This document shows, piece by piece, positions 10,358-20,526 of a DNA stretch of 64,000 nucleotides. The stretch's first letter is position 1. The number at the start of each line of letters is the position of its first letter. The notes under the pieces were generated by a model. That model saw only the letters and a list, made by a program, of their open reading frames with translations. It was not told the DNA's origin and made no database searches. A program made the translations under genes and the position numbers. Source of the stretch: Pirellulaceae bacterium. GTDB taxonomy: Bacteria > Planctomycetota > Planctomycetia > Pirellulales > Pirellulaceae. Location of the stretch: contig JBGTAI010000146.1 of assembly GCA_041749955.1 (NCBI GenBank), positions 7,751 through 71,750 on the forward strand, written 5' to 3'.

Positions 10358-10481
10358 TGCTTACAAGACAAGTTTTCCGATGACGACTTGCCGACGATTG
10401 CCAACACTCTACAAAAGTGGAGTCAAATATCGACCACCCTTGCATCCATCCGTACTCACAAGCCATCTCAAAAGACTGCCC

Positions 10482-11033
10482 ATGAAGATTTATACACGCA
10501 CCGGCGATGCGGGAAGCACCGGACTCTTCGGCGGCCCTCGCGTCGCCAAAGACGACGACCGAATCGAGGCCTACGGTACGGTTGACGAACTCAACGCTTG
10601 CCTTGGGACCGCCCGATCGGCTGGCGTCTCAGCCGTCATGGACGCTCAACTGGACCAAATCCAACACGAGCTGTTCTCGATCGGCGCCGAATTGGCGACT
10701 CCTGAACCTGATGAGCACGGATTGCGAGTGATCGGCCCTGAGCATATCGCGCGACTGGAGCAGTGGATCGATAGTCATGAGACTGTTTTGGTACCGCTAA
10801 AGCACTTCATCATGCCTGCGGGAGCTCCCGCAGCCTCGCAGTTGCATCTTGCCCGGGCTATTTGTCGGCGAGCGGAACGACGTGTCGTGACACTGGTTCG
10901 CCACCACGAAGCCAATATCTCCGAAGACCTCATGATTTACCTGAATCGGCTCAGCGACCTGCTTTTTGTCCTCAGCCGCGTGGCAAACCATGAGGCTGGA
11001 GTACCTGAAATCCAGTGGATTCGCCCCACTTAG
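10482..11033 (+). CDS. PduO-type ATP:cob(I)alamin adenosyltransferase
   Basis: MKIYTRTGDAGSTGLFGG...DDDRIEAYGTVDELN is the canonical family N-terminus. The ORF track's start at 10338 adds 48 atypical residues and overlaps the divergent Nudix gene. Confidence 0.9.
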   Translation: MKIYTRTGDAGSTGLFGGPRVAKDDDRIEAYGTVDELNACLGTARSAGVSAVMDAQLDQIQHELFSIGAELATPEPDEHGLRVIGPEHIARLEQWIDSHETVLVPLKHFIMPAGAPAASQLHLARAICRRAERRVVTLVRHHEANISEDLMIYLNRLSDLLFVLSRVANHEAGVPEIQWIRPT

Positions 11034-11202
11034 CGCTGCCGATTGGTTGCGTCTCATGCCCACTGGGGACAAAAAGCTTCGATTTCCACAACATGACCGA
11101 GTCCGCGGTTGCCCGCTGGCTTGAGCCGGTCCCAGGTGTACAATGCGTGCCAACGTGAATCGGCGATAGCACGTGAAATACAAGCGAAACCGCGAGTGCT
11201 GA

Positions 11203-11550
<348 letters not shown>

Positions 11551-11562
11551 GAGCCTCTCGGA

Positions 11563-14199
11563 TTGTCCGCCACCACGAATCTTCGCGCCGTTGTACTTCG
11601 ATGCCGTGAGCGGCTGCGCGAGGGCAGAATCAAGATCCGCGAGCAACATGATTCCGGATCTGCTGGGATTCAAGTCTCAACCAGAATCGCAGATCTATAC
11701 GACGAGATCGTTCTTGATATCTGGAACGAAGCGACCAAGGCTCATCTGGGTGACATAAAACACAATGGGCTTGCATTAGTGGCCCACGGTGGATTTGGGC
11801 GACGCGATTTAGCTCCGTACTCTGACGCGGACATCATGCTGATCGCGACGCGCGATAACACCGCGTTAGCGTCGAAGATTGCCGGCACTCTTTCTCGTGA
11901 TCTTGTTGACGCAGGACTCCAACTTGGATTCTCCATTCGCACGCCCAGCGAAGCGGTCACCTTAGCGTGGAGCGACCCGATAATTTTCTCGTCCCTTACC
12001 GAGTCGAGATTTCTCGCCGGAGGACTCCAGGTCTACAGCGGGTTCTTTCAAAACCTGCGTCAAGGAACCAAGCGACGTCGCCAACGCATCCTACGAGACT
12101 TGATCAATGCGCGTCGCGAAGAACGACACAAATGGGGCGAAACCAATTACCTTTTGCGACCCAATGTAAAACGTTCCTTGGGTGGCTTGCGAGATATCCA
12201 ACTGATTCGCTGGATCGGTTTCATCAAGTATGGCGAAACAGATCTAGAGCGTTTGCTCAAACTTGGCGCCCTTCCGAGCGAAGACTATCGACTTGTGCGT
12301 CAAGCGTTCTCATTCATGCTGCGCCTGAGAAACGAACTCCACTTTCGCGAGAATCGCAGCCAAGACATTCTCGATCGCCCAACACAAATGCTGATCGCGG
12401 AGGCATGGGGATACAAGGGCACCGAAGGTGTACTGCCGGTCGAACAGTTCATGCAGGCGTATTTTGAGCACACCCAGAATGTGCGTTGCGCTGCGTCGTT
12501 CTTTGCGGATGATGCACATTCGCGTCCTCTTATCTCTCGTGCGTACGAGCGGGTGCTTTCGCGCGAGATCGAAAAAAACATCCGAATGGGCCCAACGCAC
12601 ATTTGGGTGACCGAGTCTGCGCTGCATGAGTTTGCTTCGAGTTTGCCCGACGTCATGCGGCTGATGAGCCTCGCAAATGAACATCGACGTCGAATCGATC
12701 AGCCGACTTGGCATGCGATCCGCGAAGTGATGCTGAAGCGACAACCCGCGCCACCCGATAACGAGTCGATCGAGGCTTTCTTGTCACTGCTGAGCCGTGG
12801 CAGCCGTTTAGCGGATCTGCTGCGTCGATTGCATGAATTGCGTGTACTCGAGCAACTCATCCCCGGATTCAAACGCACGCGAGGCTTGCTTCAGTTCAAT
12901 GCCTATCACAAATACACTGTTGACGCACACTGCATCCTCGCCGTCGAGGCAGCATGCGACTTTGAACAGGGATCATCGGCAATCAGTCGCCGCTACCGCC
13001 GATTGACGGACAAACGTTTATTGCACTTGTCACTGCTCATCCACGACCTCGGTAAAGGCTGCGAGGGAGACCATGAGGATGTAGGCCGTGAGATTGCGCT
13101 AGATACAGCTAAACTGTTACATCTCGACGAAGAGTCGACCGATACGCTTGCATGGCTCGTTCACAAACACTTGCTCGTGAACTTGATCGCATTTCGTCAC
13201 GACTTAAACGACTCGGAGATCGTCCACCGATTCGCAGCCGAGGTCGGTTCGATTCGGCGACTGGAGTTGCTTATCGTCCATACGGTGGCTGACCTCACCG
13301 CAGTCGGTCCTGGCGTTTTGACTGACTGGAAAATGAACCTGATCGAAGACCTTTATCTTCGAACGCGTCGCTACTTCGAGACAGGCGATCTTCCCGGCGA
13401 CCAAAACCCAGAAATTGATGCCATACGTGACGAGGTGCGAAAACACCTGGACTCGTCTGAGTCGTACGACACATGCCTGGAACTACTGAACGACCTGCCG
13501 CTATCGTTGCTGCGCCGTGGCGAGCCCAAAGAGCTTGCGGGAGAACTGGCTAAGATCGCTGGCTTTCTCGGCGATGGTCCCCAAACGTATTGCGCAAGTC
13601 GATTCGATCCAAGCATGTCCGCGGTCCGCTACACAATCGTCCGACGTGAAGGCGAACAGACCATCGGCACGTTCGCTCGTGCAACCGGTGCGTTAAGTAC
13701 GGCTGGTCTCGCAATTCTCCGTGCCGAAATCGAGACGGTCGGTGACTGGCTGGCATGGGACGACTTCTGGGTTACCGACCCAGATTTCCCCGACGAACCG
13801 CCCGAAGAGCGACGCAACGAGATTTCTGATCGCATTCGCCACTTGCTTGATACGCCAGATGCTCCGTTGCCACCGCATCGCAAGACTTGGACGCGTCAAG
13901 GCAGTAAAGAACCGAAAAGCGTAAACGTGTTACCGACAAAAGTCATGTTCGATAATGACACGTTTCGTCGTTACACGATCTTGTCGATTTTTGCGTATGA
14001 CCAAGTTGGCTTGCTATATCGAATCGCTTCGACGCTAGCTCAACACCGCGTTGTCTTGCACTTTGCGAAGATTGACACGCACCTCGATCAAATCGCGGAC
14101 GTATTCTACGTTTCCGACATCGACGGCCAACCAATCCTCGATCTGTATCGACAAATTGAAATTCGCGATGCCCTCTTGGCAGTCGTTTCGAGCACTTAA
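11563..14199 (+). CDS. glnD: [Protein-PII] uridylyltransferase/uridylyl-removing enzyme
   Basis: 878 aa with a nucleotidyltransferase N-domain (GGFGRRDLAPYSDADI), an HD domain (LSLLIHDLGKG) and ACT-like C-terminal repeats. It starts 12 nt after the glnB stop, with a TTG start. Confidence 0.9.
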   Translation: MSATTNLRAVVLRCRERLREGRIKIREQHDSGSAGIQVSTRIADLYDEIVLDIWNEATKAHLGDIKHNGLALVAHGGFGRRDLAPYSDADIMLIATRDNTALASKIAGTLSRDLVDAGLQLGFSIRTPSEAVTLAWSDPIIFSSLTESRFLAGGLQVYSGFFQNLRQGTKRRRQRILRDLINARREERHKWGETNYLLRPNVKRSLGGLRDIQLIRWIGFIKYGETDLERLLKLGALPSEDYRLVRQAFSFMLRLRNELHFRENRSQDILDRPTQMLIAEAWGYKGTEGVLPVEQFMQAYFEHTQNVRCAASFFADDAHSRPLISRAYERVLSREIEKNIRMGPTHIWVTESALHEFASSLPDVMRLMSLANEHRRRIDQPTWHAIREVMLKRQPAPPDNESIEAFLSLLSRGSRLADLLRRLHELRVLEQLIPGFKRTRGLLQFNAYHKYTVDAHCILAVEAACDFEQGSSAISRRYRRLTDKRLLHLSLLIHDLGKGCEGDHEDVGREIALDTAKLLHLDEESTDTLAWLVHKHLLVNLIAFRHDLNDSEIVHRFAAEVGSIRRLELLIVHTVADLTAVGPGVLTDWKMNLIEDLYLRTRRYFETGDLPGDQNPEIDAIRDEVRKHLDSSESYDTCLELLNDLPLSLLRRGEPKELAGELAKIAGFLGDGPQTYCASRFDPSMSAVRYTIVRREGEQTIGTFARATGALSTAGLAILRAEIETVGDWLAWDDFWVTDPDFPDEPPEERRNEISDRIRHLLDTPDAPLPPHRKTWTRQGSKEPKSVNVLPTKVMFDNDTFRRYTILSIFAYDQVGLLYRIASTLAQHRVVLHFAKIDTHLDQIADVFYVSDIDGQPILDLYRQIEIRDALLAVVSST

Positions 14200-14490
14200 T
14201 CAGCGTCTCCCAAAAGTCTCCGTAACCAGCTCGATCCGGATGCTCAGCAAACTCTTTTGGTAAGCCTTGCCGACAAATTCAATTGGGCCGCGCTCCTGAA
14301 TGCCAAGCCAGCCAGTTTCCCGGTTCTTCGGTTGCGAAGTCGCCGAAGCGCTGGCATGTTTGCTTAGTTTTGGCCTCATGCACTACGCCTACCGAACACC
14401 CCTGCGATAACCAACTCGCAGTGAATGTGGTTTATTTTACCACACATTATTCGGACACCTTTCGGTGGGGTTGGTGCTTCAGGTATTACG

Positions 14491-14521
14491 GCCGCCGTTT
14501 CACATCAGTTGAAACGGCGGC
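14491..14521 (+). promoter_or_regulatory. Perfect 12-bp stem / 7-nt loop hairpin in the leader of the downstream gene
   Basis: GCCGCCGTTTCA-catcagt-TGAAACGGCGGC. It lies about 290 nt after the glnD stop and 81 nt before the ATG at 14602. No U-tract follows. Confidence 0.4.
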
Positions 14522-14601
14522 CTGGACGGACCAAAACACCCGTCAGACTCTGGGGTTGCGGCTCGTCCCTTCCCACCTCCAATAACAAGGAAGTTCGCGC
14601 T

Positions 14602-15270
14602 ATGTTAAGAATAACTTTGGCGGCTGTGGCATTGATCGCCGCCTCTCTCTATAACCACGCGATTGCGGATCAAGACCTTGATTCTCTACTCGGCGATTTG
14701 ACGTTCGGTGACTCGAACCAAGAAATGGTGTCTTCCGTGCTCATGCCGGAGAATCCGCAAGAAGATGAATTAGCACCAGCACCAAGCCAGCGCTTAACCA
14801 GCACTCAAGACGACGCCGTTGAGTACGGGATTCAAAATCCCGCCCAACCGCTCAACCCGTCATACATTCAAGATATTCCACATCCGATTGTCGCGACGCC
14901 ACTTGCTGAACCGACCGTCAATTTCAATCAGTACTTCGCTGCCGGTGGAATGGGTGACGCTTGTGCCGGTGGATCGTCATCAGCAACGTCTTGTGCATCG
15001 TCCTCATCGTATTGCGATGCTCCCGTGGTATGTCGGCCGCATCAAGCTCCAAATTTGCCTCCGCCATCGTCGATGCTCCAGTACCTCCAGTCAGACAACT
15101 GCTATAGCAATATCTGGTCCGGGTATGCTGCTGAACGGCAAAAACGCTGCGACCACCTGCATAAACACATCCATGGAACTTGCGACTGTTTCACGAAAGG
15201 AAAGAGTCACAGCGGATGCCAAAGTCACCATACGTGCCAAGCTGGCTGTGGGTGCGGCCACGCACACTAG
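14602..15270 (+). CDS. Secreted Cys/His-rich protein of unknown function
   Basis: Signal peptide MLRITLAAVALIAASLYNHAIA, with AAGGAAG 8 nt upstream of the ATG. The C-terminal third contains many Cys/His residues and ends CDHLHKHIHGTCDCFTKGKSHSGCQSHHTCQAGCGCGHAH. Confidence 0.6.
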   Translation: MLRITLAAVALIAASLYNHAIADQDLDSLLGDLTFGDSNQEMVSSVLMPENPQEDELAPAPSQRLTSTQDDAVEYGIQNPAQPLNPSYIQDIPHPIVATPLAEPTVNFNQYFAAGGMGDACAGGSSSATSCASSSSYCDAPVVCRPHQAPNLPPPSSMLQYLQSDNCYSNIWSGYAAERQKRCDHLHKHIHGTCDCFTKGKSHSGCQSHHTCQAGCGCGHAH

Positions 15271-15474
15271 TCATGTGCTCAAGACCAACGAATTAGCATC
15301 AAACTCATACCAATCGTTAGACTTCGAAATGATTAAGCCTCGAGCGTGAAGCTTTCCAAGCGGATCTGGCACCAATCAAAATTTCGCTAACGAGCCGAGC
15401 TCACTCTGCCGATACCATTTGTACCATGGATTGGGAGGGTGAAACGATCGGTGCCATCGTTTCAGCTGAAAGAT

Positions 15475-15522
15475 GGGCCATGGTGAGGCAGGGAGGGCTT
15501 CACCATGGCCCTTCTCTTTTTT
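15475..15522 (+). terminator. Rho-independent terminator
   Basis: GGGCCATGGTGA-13 nt-TCACCATGGCCC (12-bp perfect stem) followed by TTCTCTTTTTT. Confidence 0.75.
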
Positions 15523-15524
15523 CA

Positions 15525-15567
15525 TGAAAAAAGCAGAGAGCGTTCAATCGCCCTCTGCTTTTTTTGT
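15525..15567. terminator. Bidirectional terminator hairpin between convergent genes
   Basis: AAAAAA-GCAGAG..CTCTGC-TTTTTTT. An 8-bp stem (AAGCAGAG/CTCTGCTT) is flanked by an A-run and a T-run. It lies 36 nt from the stop of the minus-strand DUF1501 gene. Confidence 0.7.
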
Positions 15568-15602
15568 ATCTCGATGGAATGCCGCGGCTGCTTTCAATTA
15601 GC

Positions 15603-16907
15603 TTAGCTAAAAAGCTGCTCAATTACCTTCCCGTCTCGAACAAGCGTAATTGGACGACCGGTGTTGGTTTGGTACTCGATGGTAGAATCAATTCCTAGGT
15701 TCCAATAGAAGCTTGCCGCAACATCATCTGGGGTAATGGCTTCGTGACGAGGCCCAGCGGCCGTATCATCGCTCTCGCCAATCACTTGGCCACCTCGCAC
15801 ACCGCCACCAGCCATCAGCATAAACATGCAACGAGGATAGTGATCTCGGCCGCCCTCAGCACTTCGATCATTGATCTTCGGAGTTCGCCCGAACTCGCCC
15901 GTGACCATAACCGCTGTAGATTCGAGCATGCCTCGCATTTCCAAACCTGCGAGAAGCCCACTTAAACCCGCATCAAGCTTTGGCAATTGAGTGTCTTTGA
16001 GCTTCGTGAAGTTATCGGTGTGTGTGTCCCAACCACCAAGCTGGACGCTTACTAATCCAACGCCCGATTCCACAAGTCGCAAAGCCATCATGCAGCTTTG
16101 CCCAAATGAATCTTCGCCGAACAACTTTGAGAAGCTAGCAGGCTCTTGGCTAATATCAAAAGCCTTGCGAGCACGTGGCGATGTGATCATCGAGTAGGCT
16201 TGTTCGCCGAAACGATCAAGACCATCAACAAGCCCGCCAACTTCTTCGAACTCAGCAAAGCGTCGGTCTAGTTTTTTGAGCAATTGCTGTCGGCTCTGGA
16301 CTTCGTCCACACCGATTCCCGGCGACAGCGAAAGCCCTCGCACCGAGTAGGGTTGCCCAAACTGGGGTGTCGAGTTTGTCTCAAGCGATGCATACCGAAT
16401 CCCCAAGAAGCCTGGACCGTGGCCAGCTTTCGGAACAGCAACTTGGCTTGGAATGTCATCTTCACCAGGACGTTCTTTGGACAGCACAGCGCCGTAGCAC
16501 GGATACTCAAGCGACGGAATGGGTCGGCTTCCTGTATTCACATACTCACGACCTAGTTGGTGGGCCGCCAGTGTATGGCTAACACCTCTCAGAATCACAA
16601 ACTTGTCTGCCACGGCAGCCAACTTCGGAAGGTGCTCTGAAATCTGAATCCCTGGGACATTCGTTGAGATTGGCTTGAACGTACCACGAACGCTGTCAGG
16701 AGCGTCGGGCTTCAAGTCAAACGTGTCCATGTGTGAGGGCCCGCCCGGCAACTCGATAAAGATGGCTCGCTGGGCACGATTTGCGCTAACTTGTCCGGCG
16801 TTGGCCAGGCGAGCGTACTGAGACAGAGTTAATCCGCCTAAACCGATGCAACCGGCCTTGAGCATGTCTCGACGACGTAGTCCGTCGCATGTCGTATGGA
16901 ATCTCAT
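15603..16907 (-). CDS. DUF1501 domain protein (sulfatase/alkaline-phosphatase-like fold) with Tat-type signal
   Basis: RRDMLKAGCIGLGG twin-arginine N-terminus. GGWDTH, GEFGRTP and RDHYP motifs are typical of planctomycete DUF1501 proteins. Confidence 0.85.
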   Translation of the reverse strand: MRFHTTCDGLRRRDMLKAGCIGLGGLTLSQYARLANAGQVSANRAQRAIFIELPGGPSHMDTFDLKPDAPDSVRGTFKPISTNVPGIQISEHLPKLAAVADKFVILRGVSHTLAAHQLGREYVNTGSRPIPSLEYPCYGAVLSKERPGEDDIPSQVAVPKAGHGPGFLGIRYASLETNSTPQFGQPYSVRGLSLSPGIGVDEVQSRQQLLKKLDRRFAEFEEVGGLVDGLDRFGEQAYSMITSPRARKAFDISQEPASFSKLFGEDSFGQSCMMALRLVESGVGLVSVQLGGWDTHTDNFTKLKDTQLPKLDAGLSGLLAGLEMRGMLESTAVMVTGEFGRTPKINDRSAEGGRDHYPRCMFMLMAGGGVRGGQVIGESDDTAAGPRHEAITPDDVAASFYWNLGIDSTIEYQTNTGRPITLVRDGKVIEQLFS

Positions 16908-16990
16908 TGAACAAACCTCTTACACAAAGCTTGGGCTTGAAAATGCCCGTGGTTGGAATCTAGTGGTCAACAAACTGAACAAGCGAACTG

Positions 16991-19846
16991 TTAATGGCTG
17001 ATGATAAATTCTTTTGTATTGAGCAGAGCCCACAACAATGACTTGACTGCTTCACCCTTGGACGGGCTCTCTTGAATGAACGCAAGTGAAGTCTGCAACT
17101 CATCGGTCTCTGGCATTCGCGAAAGTGTCCTCAGGTAAGCATCTTCCACGATTGCCTCGAAAGACTCCGAGTTCGCGACTTTCGCATTCGACGAGTCCGC
17201 CACCGTGTCTTCGCTGGACAACAATTTCGGGTTCTTCAAAAGCCGGGCCAGCGGTGGCAAAGTCTCACCGACTGCCTCGAGTTGCTTGGAATACTTCTCA
17301 TACTGCACGTTGAGCTTCGATCGCATTTGCTTTTGACGACTCTCCGCCATCTTATTGAACTCGATGATCCTGGACTGAATCACTTGCTTTTGTCGGGCAA
17401 TTCGTTCGTCCATCTCTTCTCTAGGTTTTTCACCCCCGCCACCCGCGGAAGTGATACCGAGCTTTCCACAGCTCTCGGTCACCCATCCACTGCGATCGGC
17501 AAGACGCTTGTGAATATCGATATCATTCCTTAAGTAGACGGACTGCAACAAACTCGGCGCATCGCTGCGATCACAATCACAATTGGATTCGCGTGCTGAT
17601 CGACCGAACACATCCAGCGCGAACACGCTGCCCTTTCCAGTGCCGTAGAGCGAGAGAGCGTCCGTGATCGCCATTCCATCGAGAGTCTCTATGACATTCC
17701 CTGCTTGCTCGTCAGACATTGTCGCTAAGAGCACCGCATCGTGGACAACTTCCGCAGGGTAACGACGCGGCACGTGTCGCGAAAAGTTTCTGCGATCCAA
17801 GCGGTTTGTTTCGTTGACGTCCGCGCTTCGCTGGTAGGTATCGCTCACCGTAATTTCATGATGCAGCCACTTGAGATCGAAACCATGCTTGATCAGTCCG
17901 TTCGCCAGGTAATCCAATACCGCTGCATTGGATGGCGGATTGGCCAAATTCATATCATCGGTCGGATTAACAATTCCAATACCGAAGTAGTTCGCCCAAA
18001 CACGATTGACGACAGCCTTTGCAAAATATGGATTGTCCGGTGAACGCAGCCAACGCATCAGCGCCAATCTAGGATCCTGATTTAGCTCCACCTCGTTTTC
18101 ATCACCCAGGATCTTTCCGGTCGGGATACGAAGGTCAACCTTCTTGCCCTTCTTCTTGGCCTGGGCTTCTTGCGCTTTCATTCGCTGTTGAATACTCGCT
18201 GTATTGATCGTCAATTCCCCGAACGGAACCGTTTTTCCCTCGAGAACAGACTCTGCTAGCTTCTTTCGAAGCAAGTTGCCTTTCGTGCCTTCATCCACAC
18301 CAAGGCTCGCGAGCATCATCTTCTGCTCCTCTTTGCCATCCTTCGAGACCGCACTTTGATTCATCTTGATCGGAGCGAAAAGCTTGGAAAACTCGTCGAA
18401 GTCGTTTTTGGACCACTGGTCGAACGGATGCTTGTGGCACTGGGCACATTCGATTCGGACACCCAAGAACGTGTAAGCAAATCCGATGGCTCGCTCAGTA
18501 GGCTGGCTAAAGTTTCTGCGCGCCCAATACAACGGCATGCCTTCACGCAGGGCGAATGACTTTTCCCCGCCAGGTCGACATGCTTCGCTCATCGCTTCAC
18601 AGTACGCTCCGTAATCTTCGTTCTCGTCGCGACTGTTCGCGGTGACGATACCTTCAACGATCTCGTCATACGAAACATTCTTTGCCAAACGCTCTCGAAG
18701 CCACTCATACCAAAGCTTGGAAGCAACATTGCGTCCTGGAAGCACATTATTCAACTCGGCTTCGTTGTTACCGGTCCAGTCCGACAAGCGTGTTGCCCAC
18801 CAAGCGGCGTACGCTGGTCGCTCCAGCAACACGTCAATGTAATGAGCACGCTTATCGCTTGACGTATCCGCAAGAAATGCACGAACTTCGCCAGGCGAGG
18901 GCAGGGTACCCGTAATGTCGAGCGAGACACGACGAACAAAGTCTTCGTCGCTGCAAACGGGCGACGGAACAACTCCGAGCTTGTCCAATTTCTGGAGCAC
19001 CGCGACGTCAATCGGTTTCGCATCGGGCTTGTGCTGAGTCACGCGTGGTGTCGCCACAGGTCGCAACACCATAATGGGGACAACAGCATTGTCGTAGTAA
19101 ACGACGACGTGCGTGTCTCCGGCTTCGCCACTCTTCACGTGCCCTGTTTCGTCGATCGCAGCGATCGCGTCATCGTTGCTGCTATACCGACATAGCTCAG
19201 TGACATCTTCCGATGAACCATCAGCCCATTGCGCAACCACTTTGAGTTGAACCGCTTCACCCGCTTGGCTGAATTGAATCTCGCGGGGTGTCACCACTAA
19301 CTCTTCAAGCTGTTCAACCTCCTTGGATTCAAATTTTGCCCCCCCGGCAATCCACGCACGCAGAATGTTGTATTGCCAACCGTCCTTCTCCATCCGCTTG
19401 CCGCCTTCATGCAGATCGGCATCAATCGGCTTCGCAAGAACCAAGCTTTCATCCACGTCATCGACATCGACTCGACCAGTGTTCTCGGCCAACAAGGCCT
19501 CATGGTCTGCTTTGAAGTCGTAACCAAAAAGCGACAAACGGAAATCACCGCGGCCTTGGAACGAACCGTGACAAGCCCGACCATTGCATCCCAAACGACC
19601 CAACAGCGGTGTAACGTGCTTCTGGAAATTCGGAACTTCGCTTGCATCCGTTGACGCGAAACGCTCGCTGGCTGGTTTGGATTCAACCGCCACAGCCGTC
19701 GAGGCAACGAGACTGTTCGCTAGTATCGCGACACCGCAAATTACGATACCGAGACATTGAGTTTGCGTAGCAACGCGTTTTTGGTTGGACCACTGCATCA
19801 GTCGACTCCGGGTAAAACGATCCAAAGTTAGTGCTCGATTTTTCAT
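16991..19846 (-). CDS. DUF1549/DUF1553 (PSCyt/PSD-type) protein with Big_2-like domain
   Basis: N-terminal LGRLGCNGRACHGSFQGRGDFRLSLFGYD (CX4CH), a bacterial Ig-like segment (VQLKVVAQWADGSSEDVT), the DUF1549 motif CAQCHKHPFDQW (CXXCH) and a DUF1553-like C-terminal half. 951 aa. Confidence 0.85.
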   Translation of the reverse strand: MKNRALTLDRFTRSRLMQWSNQKRVATQTQCLGIVICGVAILANSLVASTAVAVESKPASERFASTDASEVPNFQKHVTPLLGRLGCNGRACHGSFQGRGDFRLSLFGYDFKADHEALLAENTGRVDVDDVDESLVLAKPIDADLHEGGKRMEKDGWQYNILRAWIAGGAKFESKEVEQLEELVVTPREIQFSQAGEAVQLKVVAQWADGSSEDVTELCRYSSNDDAIAAIDETGHVKSGEAGDTHVVVYYDNAVVPIMVLRPVATPRVTQHKPDAKPIDVAVLQKLDKLGVVPSPVCSDEDFVRRVSLDITGTLPSPGEVRAFLADTSSDKRAHYIDVLLERPAYAAWWATRLSDWTGNNEAELNNVLPGRNVASKLWYEWLRERLAKNVSYDEIVEGIVTANSRDENEDYGAYCEAMSEACRPGGEKSFALREGMPLYWARRNFSQPTERAIGFAYTFLGVRIECAQCHKHPFDQWSKNDFDEFSKLFAPIKMNQSAVSKDGKEEQKMMLASLGVDEGTKGNLLRKKLAESVLEGKTVPFGELTINTASIQQRMKAQEAQAKKKGKKVDLRIPTGKILGDENEVELNQDPRLALMRWLRSPDNPYFAKAVVNRVWANYFGIGIVNPTDDMNLANPPSNAAVLDYLANGLIKHGFDLKWLHHEITVSDTYQRSADVNETNRLDRRNFSRHVPRRYPAEVVHDAVLLATMSDEQAGNVIETLDGMAITDALSLYGTGKGSVFALDVFGRSARESNCDCDRSDAPSLLQSVYLRNDIDIHKRLADRSGWVTESCGKLGITSAGGGGEKPREEMDERIARQKQVIQSRIIEFNKMAESRQKQMRSKLNVQYEKYSKQLEAVGETLPPLARLLKNPKLLSSEDTVADSSNAKVANSESFEAIVEDAYLRTLSRMPETDELQTSLAFIQESPSKGEAVKSLLWALLNTKEFIISH

Positions 19847-20526
19847 TCTGATTCGCCTTGATCACGTGATCGCTTCTTGATCGCCGAACCGTCGGCACTA
19901 CGACCGGCTTTACGGAGATAGTCGGTGTAGACGCTATCCAAACGCCTATCCAGATCACTCGATCTCTTGGACAAACGCGTCTGTGCGTCGCTAAGTTGCT
20001 CTTCAGTTCGCTGGAGCCGCTTTTCGATCGATTCGACCTCGTACTTTGCACGAGACAACTCAGCCGAATGCAGCTGACCTATCGTCCGTCGAAGCGAGTC
20101 ACGATCGGATTCGTTATCGCGAACCTTCAACCTCGCAACCAGCAAGCTGATCGAAGTGCGGGACTTCAGCAAATCCAATTCGAGAGAATAGAGTTTCTCA
20201 TCGCGAAGCCGCATGGACTCAAGACGCTTTGCCGACCGGCTAATGTCGCGGATCGCTTTCTCGTAATGTGATGGTGAGTCCGACCGCAACCGATCAAGAA
20301 CTCGACTCAATTGTGGCAGTTCGTCGCGAACTAGCAAAAGAGCAGCCGCCTCAGACTCATCGGCGCCAACCACTGAGCCATCAGCTACGGGATTGTCCTC
20401 AGCGAGCAAACGCGAGGCGAGTGCACTTTGTTTATCCGCGGCAAAACACCTGCGTGAGTTGGTACCAACAACAATCGCTACGAGCATCAAGCACAAACGT
20501 ATCCACGACAAGCGATAAGTGATCAT
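19843..20526 (-). CDS. Secreted coiled-coil protein, unknown function
   Basis: Signal-like N-terminus MITYRLSWIRLCLMLVAIVVG...AAD followed by Arg/Glu/Leu-rich heptad-like sequence. There are ATGA overlaps with both neighbouring genes. Confidence 0.6.
   Translation of the reverse strand: MITYRLSWIRLCLMLVAIVVGTNSRRCFAADKQSALASRLLAEDNPVADGSVVGADESEAAALLLVRDELPQLSRVLDRLRSDSPSHYEKAIRDISRSAKRLESMRLRDEKLYSLELDLLKSRTSISLLVARLKVRDNESDRDSLRRTIGQLHSAELSRAKYEVESIEKRLQRTEEQLSDAQTRLSKRSSDLDRRLDSVYTDYLRKAGRSADGSAIKKRSRDQGESE

Noticed and set aside
10338-10481. Longer start for the PduO-type adenosyltransferase
   Set aside because: The family N-terminus is MKIYT(R/K)xGDxG, which begins at 10482. The extension would overlap the divergent Nudix gene.
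14283-14601. ORF 14283-14585, and the in-frame extension of the Cys/His gene back to 14425
   Set aside because: The extension would put 59 atypical residues before an obvious signal peptide. The region is dominated by hairpins. The ATG at 14602 has an AAGGAAG motif upstream.
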